NCBI GenBank assembly: GCA_051294905.1
Contig: CM119381.1
Coordinates: 21,700,001 to 21,764,000 of the forward strand
Reading direction: 5' to 3'
Length of the DNA: 64,000 nt
From: Botryllus schlosseri
Lineage: Eukaryota
The position numbers and the translations under genes were made by a program. Below, one piece after another: positions 1-12,400 of this stretch; position 1 is the first letter of the stretch; each line of letters opens with the position of its first letter. The notes under the pieces were generated by a model. That model saw nothing but the letters and a program-made list of their open reading frames with translations, was not told the origin of the DNA and ran no database searches.

Positions 1-384
1 TTAGATTTGTGGAGGGTATGATACCGAACAGTATAGTAATGGTCATCTAACTTATCGTCGAACGTTTAGGATTTAGGCAAAACGCTGTCACTGTGCGCAC
101 TCACCAACTCACTGCGCGGTCCATTGGACAGCAGTGCGTAACGACTAAAAAAGTCATCACTTTGATTGGACTGCCGAATTACCCATTTTTCTCGGTGGCG
201 TTCGGAACCCCTCTTGCTTTGTCTGCCTAAAATGGGTGTTTACCAGTGTAATATATTTCGACTGCCGAATATGCACGGAATACTGTGATGATACCCACAT
301 GTGGTAAAACGCAGTCTGTCCGATGGTATACAATACACGGCCAGTCTGTATATGCCATCTGCACCTGTCTCTCTTACACTAGTA

Positions 385-1538
385 CAGCGGTTCTCAACCG
401 GGGGTCCGCAGACCCCTAGGGGTCCGCGAAGCAATTTCAAGGGGTCCGCGAGACCTCTAAATTTTTTTTAATGGTTGATAACGTAATTTTTATTTTATTT
501 TTCAAGTTGAGAAAGCATCCAATCCATTTATCCTGTGATATACATAACCACTATTTGAACAGCTTCTTGGAGATACAGAACTTCAATATACAATTGAATA
601 GTATATTCATATTGAAATACACCCGAATATTTTCGGCTGACAATCGCCATAAATCGGACGATGATATACCTGCTCTTGAAGCTCGGCTATCAGATTTGGC
701 GCATTCTTATTGCGGATGCCCTATCGACAAAGCTGCTTTTTTGATGAACAAGGAGTGTTTCGTTGCTATCAAAGCATTACGCTCCAACCCTGAAATTTGT
801 GTCACCAGTTATATTGGTATGCAGCTTTGTCTTGTTAATTCATTCAAGTGTTCATGGTCGAAAATTTTTTGCTCGTAAATATATATGTAAACCCGAACAG
901 AACAAGTCGTTTCATGACAGTCTTTCTCAGGTTGGAAAACTTGGTTCATTATTTGACGCATAAAATTTGTCTACACTATCAGATTAGGATTTCACTTTGA
1001 CGGTGGAAACTCTCTGCGGGCCGATCAAAATGCCGTCGCGGGCCGAATACGGCCCGCGGTCCGTATGTTGCCCGTCCTTGCGCTAGGTACTGGACGTGAT
1101 ATGTTCATAAAATATATTTTTCTTCATTTTGGTGCCATAAATGTTGCGATCACACCAAAAGTATCGTCGGAAGCGTTATGCGTTAATACTGTATTAGCCT
1201 CCATCTATCTTTGCGGAAATGGTTTTCGGCACTCCTCGTTCATATCAAAACGAAGACGCGGATTTTCAAGACACGACCACGTACTTCAAGAAACACAGCA
1301 GCAAAATTAGCTTTGAAATAATAAAAGTCTACCAATTTCTACATAAATAGTATGATGTTATTTTCAAGAAAAATCATGATTTTGCTGTTTATCACAAGCC
1401 TACAGTTCATATTTGCACAACACAGATGAAGGTTGCACCATAATAGAGCTAAAAAATTGATCTAAAACTTGAGGGGGTCCGCGAGGGTTCGTGGCGGTCA
1501 AAAGGGGTCCGCGAAGCCAAAAAGGTTGAGAACCACTG
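385..1538. mobile_element. Non-autonomous hAT (Buster/Charlie-type) element carrying internal fragments of other repeats
   Basis: TIRs CAGCGGTTCTCAACC / GGTTGAGAACCACTG; exact 8-bp TSD cactagta (377-384 and 1539-1546); subterminal GGGGTCCGCG repeats at both ends. Confidence 0.9.
555..806. mobile_element. Probable Penelope-like retroelement fragments inside the hAT element
   Basis: ~555-650 is a reverse-complement copy of ~60850-60940 (degenerate hammerhead-bearing repeat). ~662-806 (+) translates to ...LMNKECFVAIKALRSNPEICVT, resembling from memory the PLE segment just before the K.DKG motif. Confidence 0.5.
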
Positions 1539-3102
1539 CACTAGTATGACTAAGTCACGAATACAGATCCGAGACAAAATAATATAAGTATAGGGATTAC
1601 AGTTCATTTGACACGTAGGGATCCTGTTCAACTAATCCGTACTGGATCGGATACAAAATTTGTACTCACTTCAAGCTTCTGGCATATATTTAACAGCATA
1701 GCAAGAGACAGCCCTGCACTTGCCTTATTATCTTGTTCAATGCTGTCAGTTTTCGTTAGCCGCTCTTTGTCCATTAAGAACTAACACCATAGTCATGTAA
1801 TTCCAGCTCACATTAAATGGTTTCTCGGGTCGCAAGCGACCCGCCGACCCGGGTGATTGACACCTGTGAAAGATGCAGATATATCCATGATTTACATGCT
1901 TTTTGCTTGACCTTGTCGACAGAAACTAAGTGCGTAAGCTTCAAACACTCTTCAGAAAAGCATTATGAGAGCAAAATAACCGTGCCGCCAGCTGAGGCAG
2001 CTCATTGTTTGTACGCAGAAATGTAACTAGGCTAAAACTAACTGCAACAATACTCGTTCCACAGTCCCATCTTCCATCAATGCACCCAGCCATGCTAATC
2101 AAATGAATTTTATTTTCACACAGATATACCGCGAACTAATTTTAAAGGTAAGGACAATGTTATCAAATATATACGCGACTTGTCTTGCAAATGAGTCGTA
2201 TTGACCCGGCTGGTGCCGTAGTAGGCTAGCACACCAATCAACACTGTAAGCAAATGCATTGAGAGCAAGATATACCATATAAACTTAATATAGATATCCT
2301 GAAAAACGTAGCTCCCTACTGCGGTACCACTACTATGTGTTCAAATCGAAGTAAATCTAGGCCAGAGCTGCGTAGAGCTGAAAAAAGATGGATATTTTTG
2401 AACTGACAGGAGCGCATGATTATCACAGATTAGAACATATGGTACAGAGCTTTGCTAAGTTAGACGGTGTTATCCGTAGCGATATGAAATACGTCACGCA
2501 CGCCAGTGCATCATGGCTTGTGCAATATCGCGGCGAAAAGACCAGTCAGACCAGAGCCAGTCGACGCGGGTCGAAAAATGAAATAAATAAATGAAAGTAT
2601 CACACAGAGTTGAAATATATATAGAGATATGTCGGTATTATAACCAGTAAAATCGCCTAACATTCCGAAAATAAAGTTTAAGATCTTACTGCCAGCATAT
2701 CACCGCAAGCGGTGCCGAAGTAAGCGATGTCTCACAATGCATTTCTACGATGGCAGCCAAAACAACCAAAGCGTATTCGTTAGTATGTCGACACGTAGCA
2801 GTGATTACTTCGGCATCACCTTTATTCGTATTCATTCTATCTGATCTACTGTACCAGCCGTCCTACATCCAGATGATTTTAAAAATCAAAAGCGCGCTGT
2901 TGAACTGGGTACCATTCGCGTCAATAGAAAAGTTTCGACGTGACGCGCCAGCTGGCTACACAACGCGCTAGCTCGCGTCGCGACGCGTCAACCAGTCGAA
3001 GTACACGCATTCGTATCATTCCCACACCGACAGAGCACACAGTTCCCATCACGGGAGAGTCGCTGTTGAAAGGTATATCGTTGGAGAGAGGTAAACTCCC
3101 GC

Positions 3103-3497
3103 TTAGAAAGTGGTGATAACGCAATAACTGTCTAGGGCCGACAAAATAATATATAAAAACCAGAAAGAAACGAAAATGAGACTGGAGATGACTTTGTACT
3201 TCCACGGCCCGCCCAGCTCCGCGCCTATCTTCTTCGACTTGCGTCTGATCACGAGGATCGCGATCGCCAGTACGGCCAGAATCGAGAATATCGTCACGGA
3301 GAACGCGAGGTTGCCGGGCTTGACGTGGAATTTTCTCTCCTCCGGTGTCCTGCCGGTGATGGCGTGATAGACGGCGGCGATGGTCCATGCGATGCCAATG
3401 CCGAGGAACACGTTGACAGCGTTGGAGCCAGTCACGTTGCCGATGGACGCGTCCGCGTACTGATCGCCGATAGCGGCTACTTTGCTAGCGAATGTAT
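3103..3497 (-). CDS. SLC8A: NCX last coding exon (DTFASK...ELGGP...YCVITTF*)
   Basis: Acceptor ttccag|AT at 3497 (phase 1); GSNAVNVFLGIG motif; TAA at 3105-3103. Confidence 0.96.
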
Positions 3498-6400
3498 CTG
3501 GAATATAGGGGCGGTTGTTGATTGCTAACGGCTGAAAAGGTCCCGGATTTTCGGCAGTGAATCTAGAATTGTTCACTGGAATCGGGTCCGCATTTTTCAA
3601 GTTCGTTTATGAGTTAATTTTATCGTTGCGAAAGTACTTGGACCTCGAAGGCACATTTCAGGTCGCAATCGGGTTGGAATGTCAAATATTAGTCCATAAA
3701 CCCGCTAACACAGTCCTCGTTTGCAATGTTTTTCTAAGTGTTTTGGGGGCCGCGAATTTCTCCAACGGTTTCCCAAAATTTGGACTTGCAACTATACAGT
3801 CAAGAAGTGATGGTTGTTTCTGGCTATGTCTTGTAGATAATGCGAATATATAGCCTACGATAGTTCACGCCCACAAAAAAGAATAAGTGGAGGTACAGCT
3901 TAACAGCTGAATCAAAGAGATATTCACAAAAGAAGTGCAACTTCGATACTCGCCAATGCTTATTTCTGATTTATGGCGCAGAAACATCAGTTATTACGTG
4001 TAGAAACGTAACAAGCGGAAGCCAACCAGCACACTTTGTTTGATTGTGCAGCAAACTTGTTTGGCGGCCGTGTTGGGCAGGTTGTTTGGTCGCTGTCACA
4101 ATCATTTAAGCTGTGCCTTGTCGAATAATTCAATTTATTTTGCGCTGATAGTACGTAATTTAAATAACTTCAGGTTTGTACCGCATTTTTAGAGATTAAA
4201 TTTTGTCGTAAAGTAACCTTTGAAATCCGAAATGACGTAATAATTGCTTTTCTCGCGAATCCTAGATTCGAGGTAATGATATTCTTTCTGGACTCTTCGC
4301 TGACTTAAACTGAATATTATGAAGCTTACGATGTCACAAACGTGTGGCTCTTTTTTGGTATTGAAATGAAACACTTGCAGTATCTTAAAACTACTTCGCG
4401 CTCACCCCAACGAAACCTTTAAAAAATCTGCTCATGTGTGAGTGTTGTTGGCCATTCGATTTCCAGATACATCGATTTGCTGTTGCTGTATGGCTATGCA
4501 AAATTGAGTATCTCGGAGATTCGATTCGGGGTCGAGTATTAAGCTTTGGGCCCAGTCGAGTAATCGAGCACCACCTATTATGGCGTGTTGACAGTGGACT
4601 AGGAATGCCCAGGAGGGTTCAATTGTGTCAAAATAATGTCAGCTGACAGCTACATGCCATGTAAAATAATTTCGTATCTCCTGAGCATGACTTTTTGGTG
4701 TCGCTGTCTGACAATTGTACCTGATTTATACCACGGTGTAAGTCTGGGGCATGTTCCGGTTTCGTGTAACACGGGTATATATTAACACCCGTATATCACG
4801 GGTGGTACAAAGGTGTGAATACGCACTTTTTAAACTGTGATATTCAATCGCTATTCGAGTATTAAGCTTGAAGCGAAGTTGAGTCGAGTTTTCGAGTATC
4901 AATTACTATGTTAGAAAAGCTCAAATAGGCAGCTTGCGACAAATAAGATATTCTCAGCTCTACTCCCGACGTGAAGACATAACAGTCGCCTAATCGTTAC
5001 AGAGAACCTGCCAGCCATGGGTGTAGCAAGCATGGAAATTTGATGATACGATTTTACGTCTCAATTACATTGTGACGGCGTTATATTAGAATTCACAGTT
5101 TGAGACTGACCGCAGCGCCTTACGACCCTGTCTGGCTGCGACAGCGGTCATCAATATTCATGTGCGATACGGCAAAATCCCAGAATTCAAATTGATTCAC
5201 AATCTACTGTAAAGGCGGTGCGAAACACGATGCGGCGGCCTACTCACCAGGTACGCTCGTTCCCATGGCAACCAGCGTAATAGCAGTGACGGCGTCGTTC
5301 AAGTCGATGGTGCATCCAAAGTGGGAAGCCACGTCGCCGATCACCGCGGTCAAGATGCCGATCACGATGATGGAGCAAGTGAAACACGCCCAGCCTCCGA
5401 AATAATCTGTGGGCGGCACGATCGCGAACAGCAGCTGTTGTCGGGATGTATAGTTTTAATTGCGCGTCCGTTAAAAAGGCTCGACTAGAAATATCGTTGC
5501 TAGAGCTGTAACTTATTACGGTATACTACGAACCCGCTAGTTAGGTCCCCATAAAACAGCTCGCAATGGAAGGACAGAGAGAGAGGGAGAGTCCTTATTT
5601 TTCATCAAACCAAAATGCAACAATGATGATATACAGCGGAAACGCATACACAGTATTCGGTATCGGATATAGCGGTGGTGGACATAACCTTATAGCTCAA
5701 CTAGTCCGATCACATCCGCATCGAACTATAGTACACATTGTCTTTACTTGATCTGGCTACACAAATTTAATCAGGGCCACAGTGTTGATATGTCGATAGG
5801 AGGTAATCAAATATAAATCGTTTTTAAATCTATCATACGGCACTAGGATCAGCGTGGATGCAAAATTAGTGCAGAGAGGTCTGCGGACACGAGTCAGATA
5901 GGAATTGGATTAGGAATTGCGATTCAGTGAAACGAGATATGAATTTATGATATATAATCTTGAATTTTTATGCCTCGGTTCGACGAGCTATGGTCGGAAC
6001 CGGATACGAGCTTGGATTCAAACAGGACACCAGATTTCAAGTTGACTTCAGATCCAGAAAAAGAAACAATCGCTAATTCCTGATACACGACAGAGAAACG
6101 GATTGGAACCTCATTCGAACGGATTTCATCCTTTAGGACAGACCAGAACCGGATCCCATTTGGAATTTGAAATGATCTTGAATAACAATCGCAGCCGGGA
6201 GTGAACTTGAATTTGTCAGCGACATTATCTTATGTATTCATTACTTCGCGTTGTGTCTATTGTATCTTGAGCGGATGAAAATAACATAACCGCCGATTAT
6301 GATTAACAAAACAATTGAGGAGTTTAATTTGAACTCCGACATAGGATTTGGATTTCCAAATGCGAAAATCCGTCTAGCTACGCTTACACGACAGCAGGAC

Positions 6401-9400
6401 GCGATGCCGACTTTTCATCAGGCATTTCATACTATATGTTAAAGACGCAAAATTGCGGCTCGCGTCTCAACACCCACAATCCCACAGTCGCGATTGCTTA
6501 TTACAAACTCTGACGGACGCTCCCGTAGTGCCGATCCCAAAGACTAACCCGTATAACCACAAAAGTGTCGAATATGGCTACGCGGGTGATTTGAAAGGGT
6601 TGAGTAATAGATTATACCTTCCAGAACACTGTGAGAAAATGCATGACATAGTCAAATCCGCTTGGAGCCGCTCTTCCACCGCCTTCATCCTCATCGTCGT
6701 CATCATCGTCACCTGGAAGAAATTTAGACTTGACTTGAGACAAAACCGGTAACAAATGGCGCAGCCGGAGCCGGTGCGGCAGGTTATTCCATTCGGAAAG
6801 CCAAATAAAACGGATGGGCAGTTTGGTGATGTTATTTGCCAGCGGGAGATTGGATTTCGCTAGAAGTGTCCGGTGTCATAAAATTGGCAATTGTCTCAGC
6901 CAAAATCTTCAGGGGGGTGGGTGATACCCTCGAATCGTTTTTTACGCCTCATCGTGGTGGATGTAAGCATGGACCTTACTCAGTACAGTGACGCGTGCGC
7001 TGCACACGCACATTCGCGACAGCGGCATTTTAAGTGCAGCAAGCATTCTGTTTCGGTAAGTCATTAAAAACTAACGAATCGATTGGGGAGTAAACATTGG
7101 AACCCAATCACATAAACTGCGATTAGATTCCGTTCATCTCCAGTTCTTGGCGCATATAAGTAGACCCGGATTAGACTCATACAGAGGTGATCAGAGACGG
7201 AGCACTTCTACTGTGTCGGATTATTTAAGTAGGAATTAGGTAGGTCATTATTTAAGTAGGAATTGTTATCCGTCACATAAAAGATATGTTGGTATTTTTT
7301 CGACCATACCGATTTTATTGCACTTAGTGACAATGTTGGCTTCGAAAATCTGCTAGTCCCAGCAACTTCGTAGCTTTCTACTATATGTTTCGTATGCTAA
7401 GATACGGCCGATCAAGGTTTCGAGGCTTCAACAGTGAAAATTACACTCGAAACTATAATTCTCGTGGATAAATTAACTTCTAGTGGCGAGGAGCGCATAA
7501 TTCCAGTACTCGAAAAAATCGACATTTACTACTCGACTCGAATGATCCCAATTAATACTCGATTCAGATTCGACTACTCGAATCATTATGCCCAGCCCTA
7601 ATGCTTACTCAAGCCGTTATTTCTTGGGCTGCTTCTACTTCTACTTAACATCGTTCACTTTTTAGGTAAAACTAGGGCTTTCCACTTGAGTAGGCTATAT
7701 ATGGCTACTTTGACCACTTTGGACTTATGCTAGATTGTTGGAACAACGTTTTTTGGACAGTTATAGAGTTGATTAGTAGAGAGCGTTCACCACGAACTGC
7801 ATATCCAACCCCTAATTTAAGCGATCCACAACGTATAAACTTTCACGTAGATATTGAGAGAGAGAGAAAAAATAGTATTCATCATCGCAAACAAAGAGAA
7901 AAATAACAGTCAGCCCGATTGGTATCTTTCATTACTTTTTTCGAATCCATCCACGCCACCACTGTAAAAGCCGGTTCGAATTTAAACCCGGCATCAAATC
8001 CCAGAGCGGCGCGACAAAAGCTATTCACTCAATCTAACGCAGAAACAAATCACCGATCTCATTCCCAGCGCGGTCACATTATCGATTCCAGCGGCGATCA
8101 GAAATGCAACGGGAAACCGCGATGACGATCGTTGCCATCAAGTCCCGAAGCGCGCGAACTGAACACGATACCAAGTGGGAAACTCAGTAAATTAATATCC
8201 CGCGACCTGCTAATTGCGACCGGAAATCGATCAATCACGTCTTTACTCGATAATGCAACCCCGACGAATTAGTTTGATTGTCGAGACAGCGCAAAAGTGC
8301 TGCAACACAATCGATAGGGATTACGGCGGACCGTTTTTATATCAGTCCCGAGTGGGCTATGACGAAATTTCCTTTTGCACTGTTACGCTGTAAATACATA
8401 GGCGGAAATAGGTGTATTCACGCGCCTACGTTCATACCTTCCTGCACATCTTATGTACATTGTACAAGCATTATTTGGATTAAAATGTTGTGTTTGATTG
8501 ATACCGTGGTGTAAGTCAGAGGTATAGGTTCGCGTACCTCGGATGTCTATGTACGTAACTCACGGCTGGTACACGGATTATATTTTGTTGAATCACCTTT
8601 TAGATTGTTTTAGAAGTGCTATATTAAAAGAGAATCCACTCCACGCCCGAGATTGATCTCCATAAGTAATGGTGTAAATATTCATAATCACTAATGCAAC
8701 TTTTTGTCAACTTTTGCAACTTTTTGCAGCAGCTTCCGGCAGATTTCTAAATACTCGAAAGTTATGTAGAATGGTGTTTTAAGCTGTAACAAGGAATATT
8801 ATATTGCAACTTTTCTCCATTTTTTCATGCAACTATTTTCAACTTTTTCGATTTATCGTGCAACTTTTTGCAAGTTTTTTTTCGATTTATCATACAACTA
8901 ACTTTTTACTGGAAATATATGGCACCATATATAAATAGATCGCTTGATTATTTCACTGTTTGAAGCAATTTCTGATTTAAGGTACATTCAGGCTAGACCG
9001 CCGAAAATTATATTTTGACTGGGTCAATTTTTTCGGGCTATTGATTTTGTTGAAGTCGCCAACACTGAGTTTTTCTACAGTGTCTTGCGTACGGATCGAT
9101 TTGAGTATCTCACACCCTAATAATTTCAAAGAACTTTTCCGTAAATGCAACTCTTTAGCGCAAATTTTGCGAAAAATAAATGCAACTTACCACGGTTTTG
9201 ACTGCAATAAAAACTTGCCCTAAGAATCACCCATTGGAATGGGTATGAAAGCAAAATTTTGAACCAAAAAGTGCTATATACCAAATTTGTGCCGGCTATG
9301 GAAGAAATCGGCGAAATAACCGATTTTCGTTTACAGTGTACGCGTGGCGTATGTTTACTGCCTCTTTGGCGTATTTTCGGGATAATACATGAAACCAGAA

Positions 9401-12400
9401 CCAGTCTCACAGCATGCATATGGTCTGAAAATGGGGGTATTGTGTCATGTACTGTACACCAACTAGTATGGGTGCTTTACCGCAAGTCTTATTTACACCC
9501 AATACCATGGTGAATACGAAAACCTGGAAAACCCGCTTCTTGCGTTTACACAAACTTTACAGGGAGGCGACACTACTCAGAAGTACACCAACCTTTACAG
9601 CCACCGAAACGAGGAAGTATTCTACACCAACGCATTGCTTACCTCCCTGCACGGATAGCGCGTCAATGAACTGCTCCCGCCACGAGGAGGTGCCGACGAT
9701 CACGGCCAGATTCGCTTTTTTGATCAGTTTATCGACGGTGCTCTGAATAGAAAGGACATGGGATACTTCGGTAATCTTCGATCGCTCCAATTCTCTGAGG
9801 TATCGCCGCGATTGGGGGAATACCAGGAGATCCGAAACGACTCAAAGCAGGTCAGGTTAAGAATTAGAAGCGAACGTGGTCACGGTGCGCGGGCCGTCTA
9901 TTGGTCTCGGATGCGGAGGTTGAAAAGGTCACGCATACGATTTCACGGATATATTGATTGCGTGGAGTCGGTTTTTTCCGACAGCGATTGAAGCCCTGAG
10001 TCTTCACGTTCGGGAGCAAAGGTCGCTAAATATTTTAGACAATTTACCGCGGTAGAATAAGCTTGTATTTGTAGTTCATTCGGACCGGATTTAGATACTT
10101 CAGCCGAAGTCGTATGCCTGGAGAGAAGCGGATGAAACCCCATGTCGATTGTGGGAGTAACGGGGGGTGCTTAACCCTTTGGAAGGCACCCAAACCCACA
10201 ATCATCATTCATCATACATGAATTCATCGAACCCTTCGCAGTAATCTTACCGCTGGCTAGAGGCTGCCCAAGTGCCCACGCAGTGCCCATAAATGATATC
10301 AAGTCTTAATATAAGTGATCTGCCACACTTATGGAATCGGTTATTTTGACAGAATGCAAGAGACACATATTGTCAACAAGTCATACCAACACTTTGCGGT
10401 ATTTGCAGGTAGGAACATCAATATCAATACTGTTAAAAATGTATTGCTCACAATCCAAATTAGAATACATCATGAGGAACTATAGTATCAATATTCAACA
10501 ACAGGCCATGAGCTATTTTAAGACGGTCAGGCCCAACAATTACCCGGCGATGAATTGCACAGTATCTCAAGTCACGAGAAAAAGTCGCACAGTACACTCA
10601 TCTCGAAACAGCACCACATTATCAGAAACAATGACTACAATCAAAAGACGCTTTGCCCAAACAATGCCCATGACAAAATGGGGGTAGCGATTTCGCTGAA
10701 CTTAAAAATCAAACTCCCGGGTTCACAGCGAAAACACCGTAATCTCGACATATGTCTCTGCGCTCTATGCCATTGTGACGCGCACAATTGACTAAAATTA
10801 TTTATCGAACGCGCGCTTCTCCCCGGAATTGGCGCTCCCGTTAGATTCAATCCGATGGTTCGCAACTGCCAATTCCGCTGCCATTGAAATTTGATGAGGG
10901 GTATTGATTTTTGAGGCCGCGCTAATGAAATAATGATAAGAAAATAAAAAACGATTCGGCCGCGAGTCTATTCCGAGCGCAACACGGTTATAAAGGGCAT
11001 TCTAGATCTATTTCTTCAGATAATAGATATTATACCACTCGGAGATACTGAAACACTGTAAGCCCGCGCCGTGTAATCGAGCTGTCCGATATTTACCAGA
11101 CCCATTGAAGAGGCGTAATCTTTGAACGTCCGACGCGGACCTTATCGAACTGAGATTTGAATAAATTATTGCTTTCCCCGGTATTACTCTCATGAATATT
11201 GTAAGCTTGGAAATAATGCGATGTGGGATCATAAAAAGTGAGGTTTGATTGCAACCCTGCGTGGCACTGTTGCTTGGTGTTGATACCGTGTTTAGCTGAT
11301 AGAAACACATTAAACGCATCAGGCCTGTTTTGTCAATATTATAGCCCAGTGGTTCCCAACGTGGGCGATTTGGCGGCCTAGGGGGGCGAAAATGACGAAG
11401 GGAGCGATAGGGGGCGAAAATGGACAAAGGGGGCGACAGGGGGCGAAAATAGCGAAGGGGGCCATGACGCGTCAAAACGGCTGACCTTTTTTTTTAGTCA
11501 ACTCACGGAAATTTAGTTGCAAAAGTGTCAAATTCGACATCGAACCGAAAAGTTGACTTTTTTTTTCAGTCAACCCGCCGGTGATTACAGTTTGTATGCC
11601 CATTTATCGGTACACAAAATTTGGGGGGCGATGATTGGTGTTGAGCTTGAAAAGGGGGCGATGGGTCGAAAAAGGTTGGGAACCACTGATAGCCTCATGA
11701 GGCTCGGAGCGGTCAAAATACTTACTGATGCCAGCTCATGATGAACACGTGATGCTGTGACATTCTACTCCAGTGCACGTCCAACGCAGGATTAAGTGCA
11801 CCAATTAGAAGCAAAAAAGTAAAGCTTGCTAAAGTATGGTTTATAATATGTTGTTACTCGCCAGAACCGGTACCCACAATAGTCGGCGTTAGAGATTGCC
11901 GGACTTCCCCAATCAACACACGCCACTTCATTTCCATCGCTTTTTCTTTCATGTTATCTCACGTTTCTTTTCATTCAATGCACATGCCTTATATTTACAT
12001 GATGTGGGTCAATGAAGTGCCTGATTGTAAGACTAAAACAAGTCGTTTCGACTCCTCTTATCATTTTATCGCAACCTTGTGATGTTTTGAACTGATTAAA
12101 TTACTTATAAACCGTACACCAATGTTCTGGTGTTTTGAAACGATGAAATATATAATAAACCGAACGGTACTGAACGTTCAAAATTGCAGGGTGCGTCTTC
12201 GCAAACGAGGCAGAATCGCTATTATCGCTGACGGTCAATGCAACTTTGAACTATACTCTATCGCCATGCAAGGGTTGTAAAGGCTATCGGTTGTGACGAT
12301 TTCAATCGCAAATATGGCCGATATCAACTTTCTACTCCGCAAAAATCAGGGGAAACGAGCAATTCAGCTTCAAAAACTGTATAAGTAGCAGTAGTTTACA

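Noticed and set aside
7970-7995. GGTTCGAA B-box-like hairpin
   Set aside because: No A-box or cloverleaf upstream.
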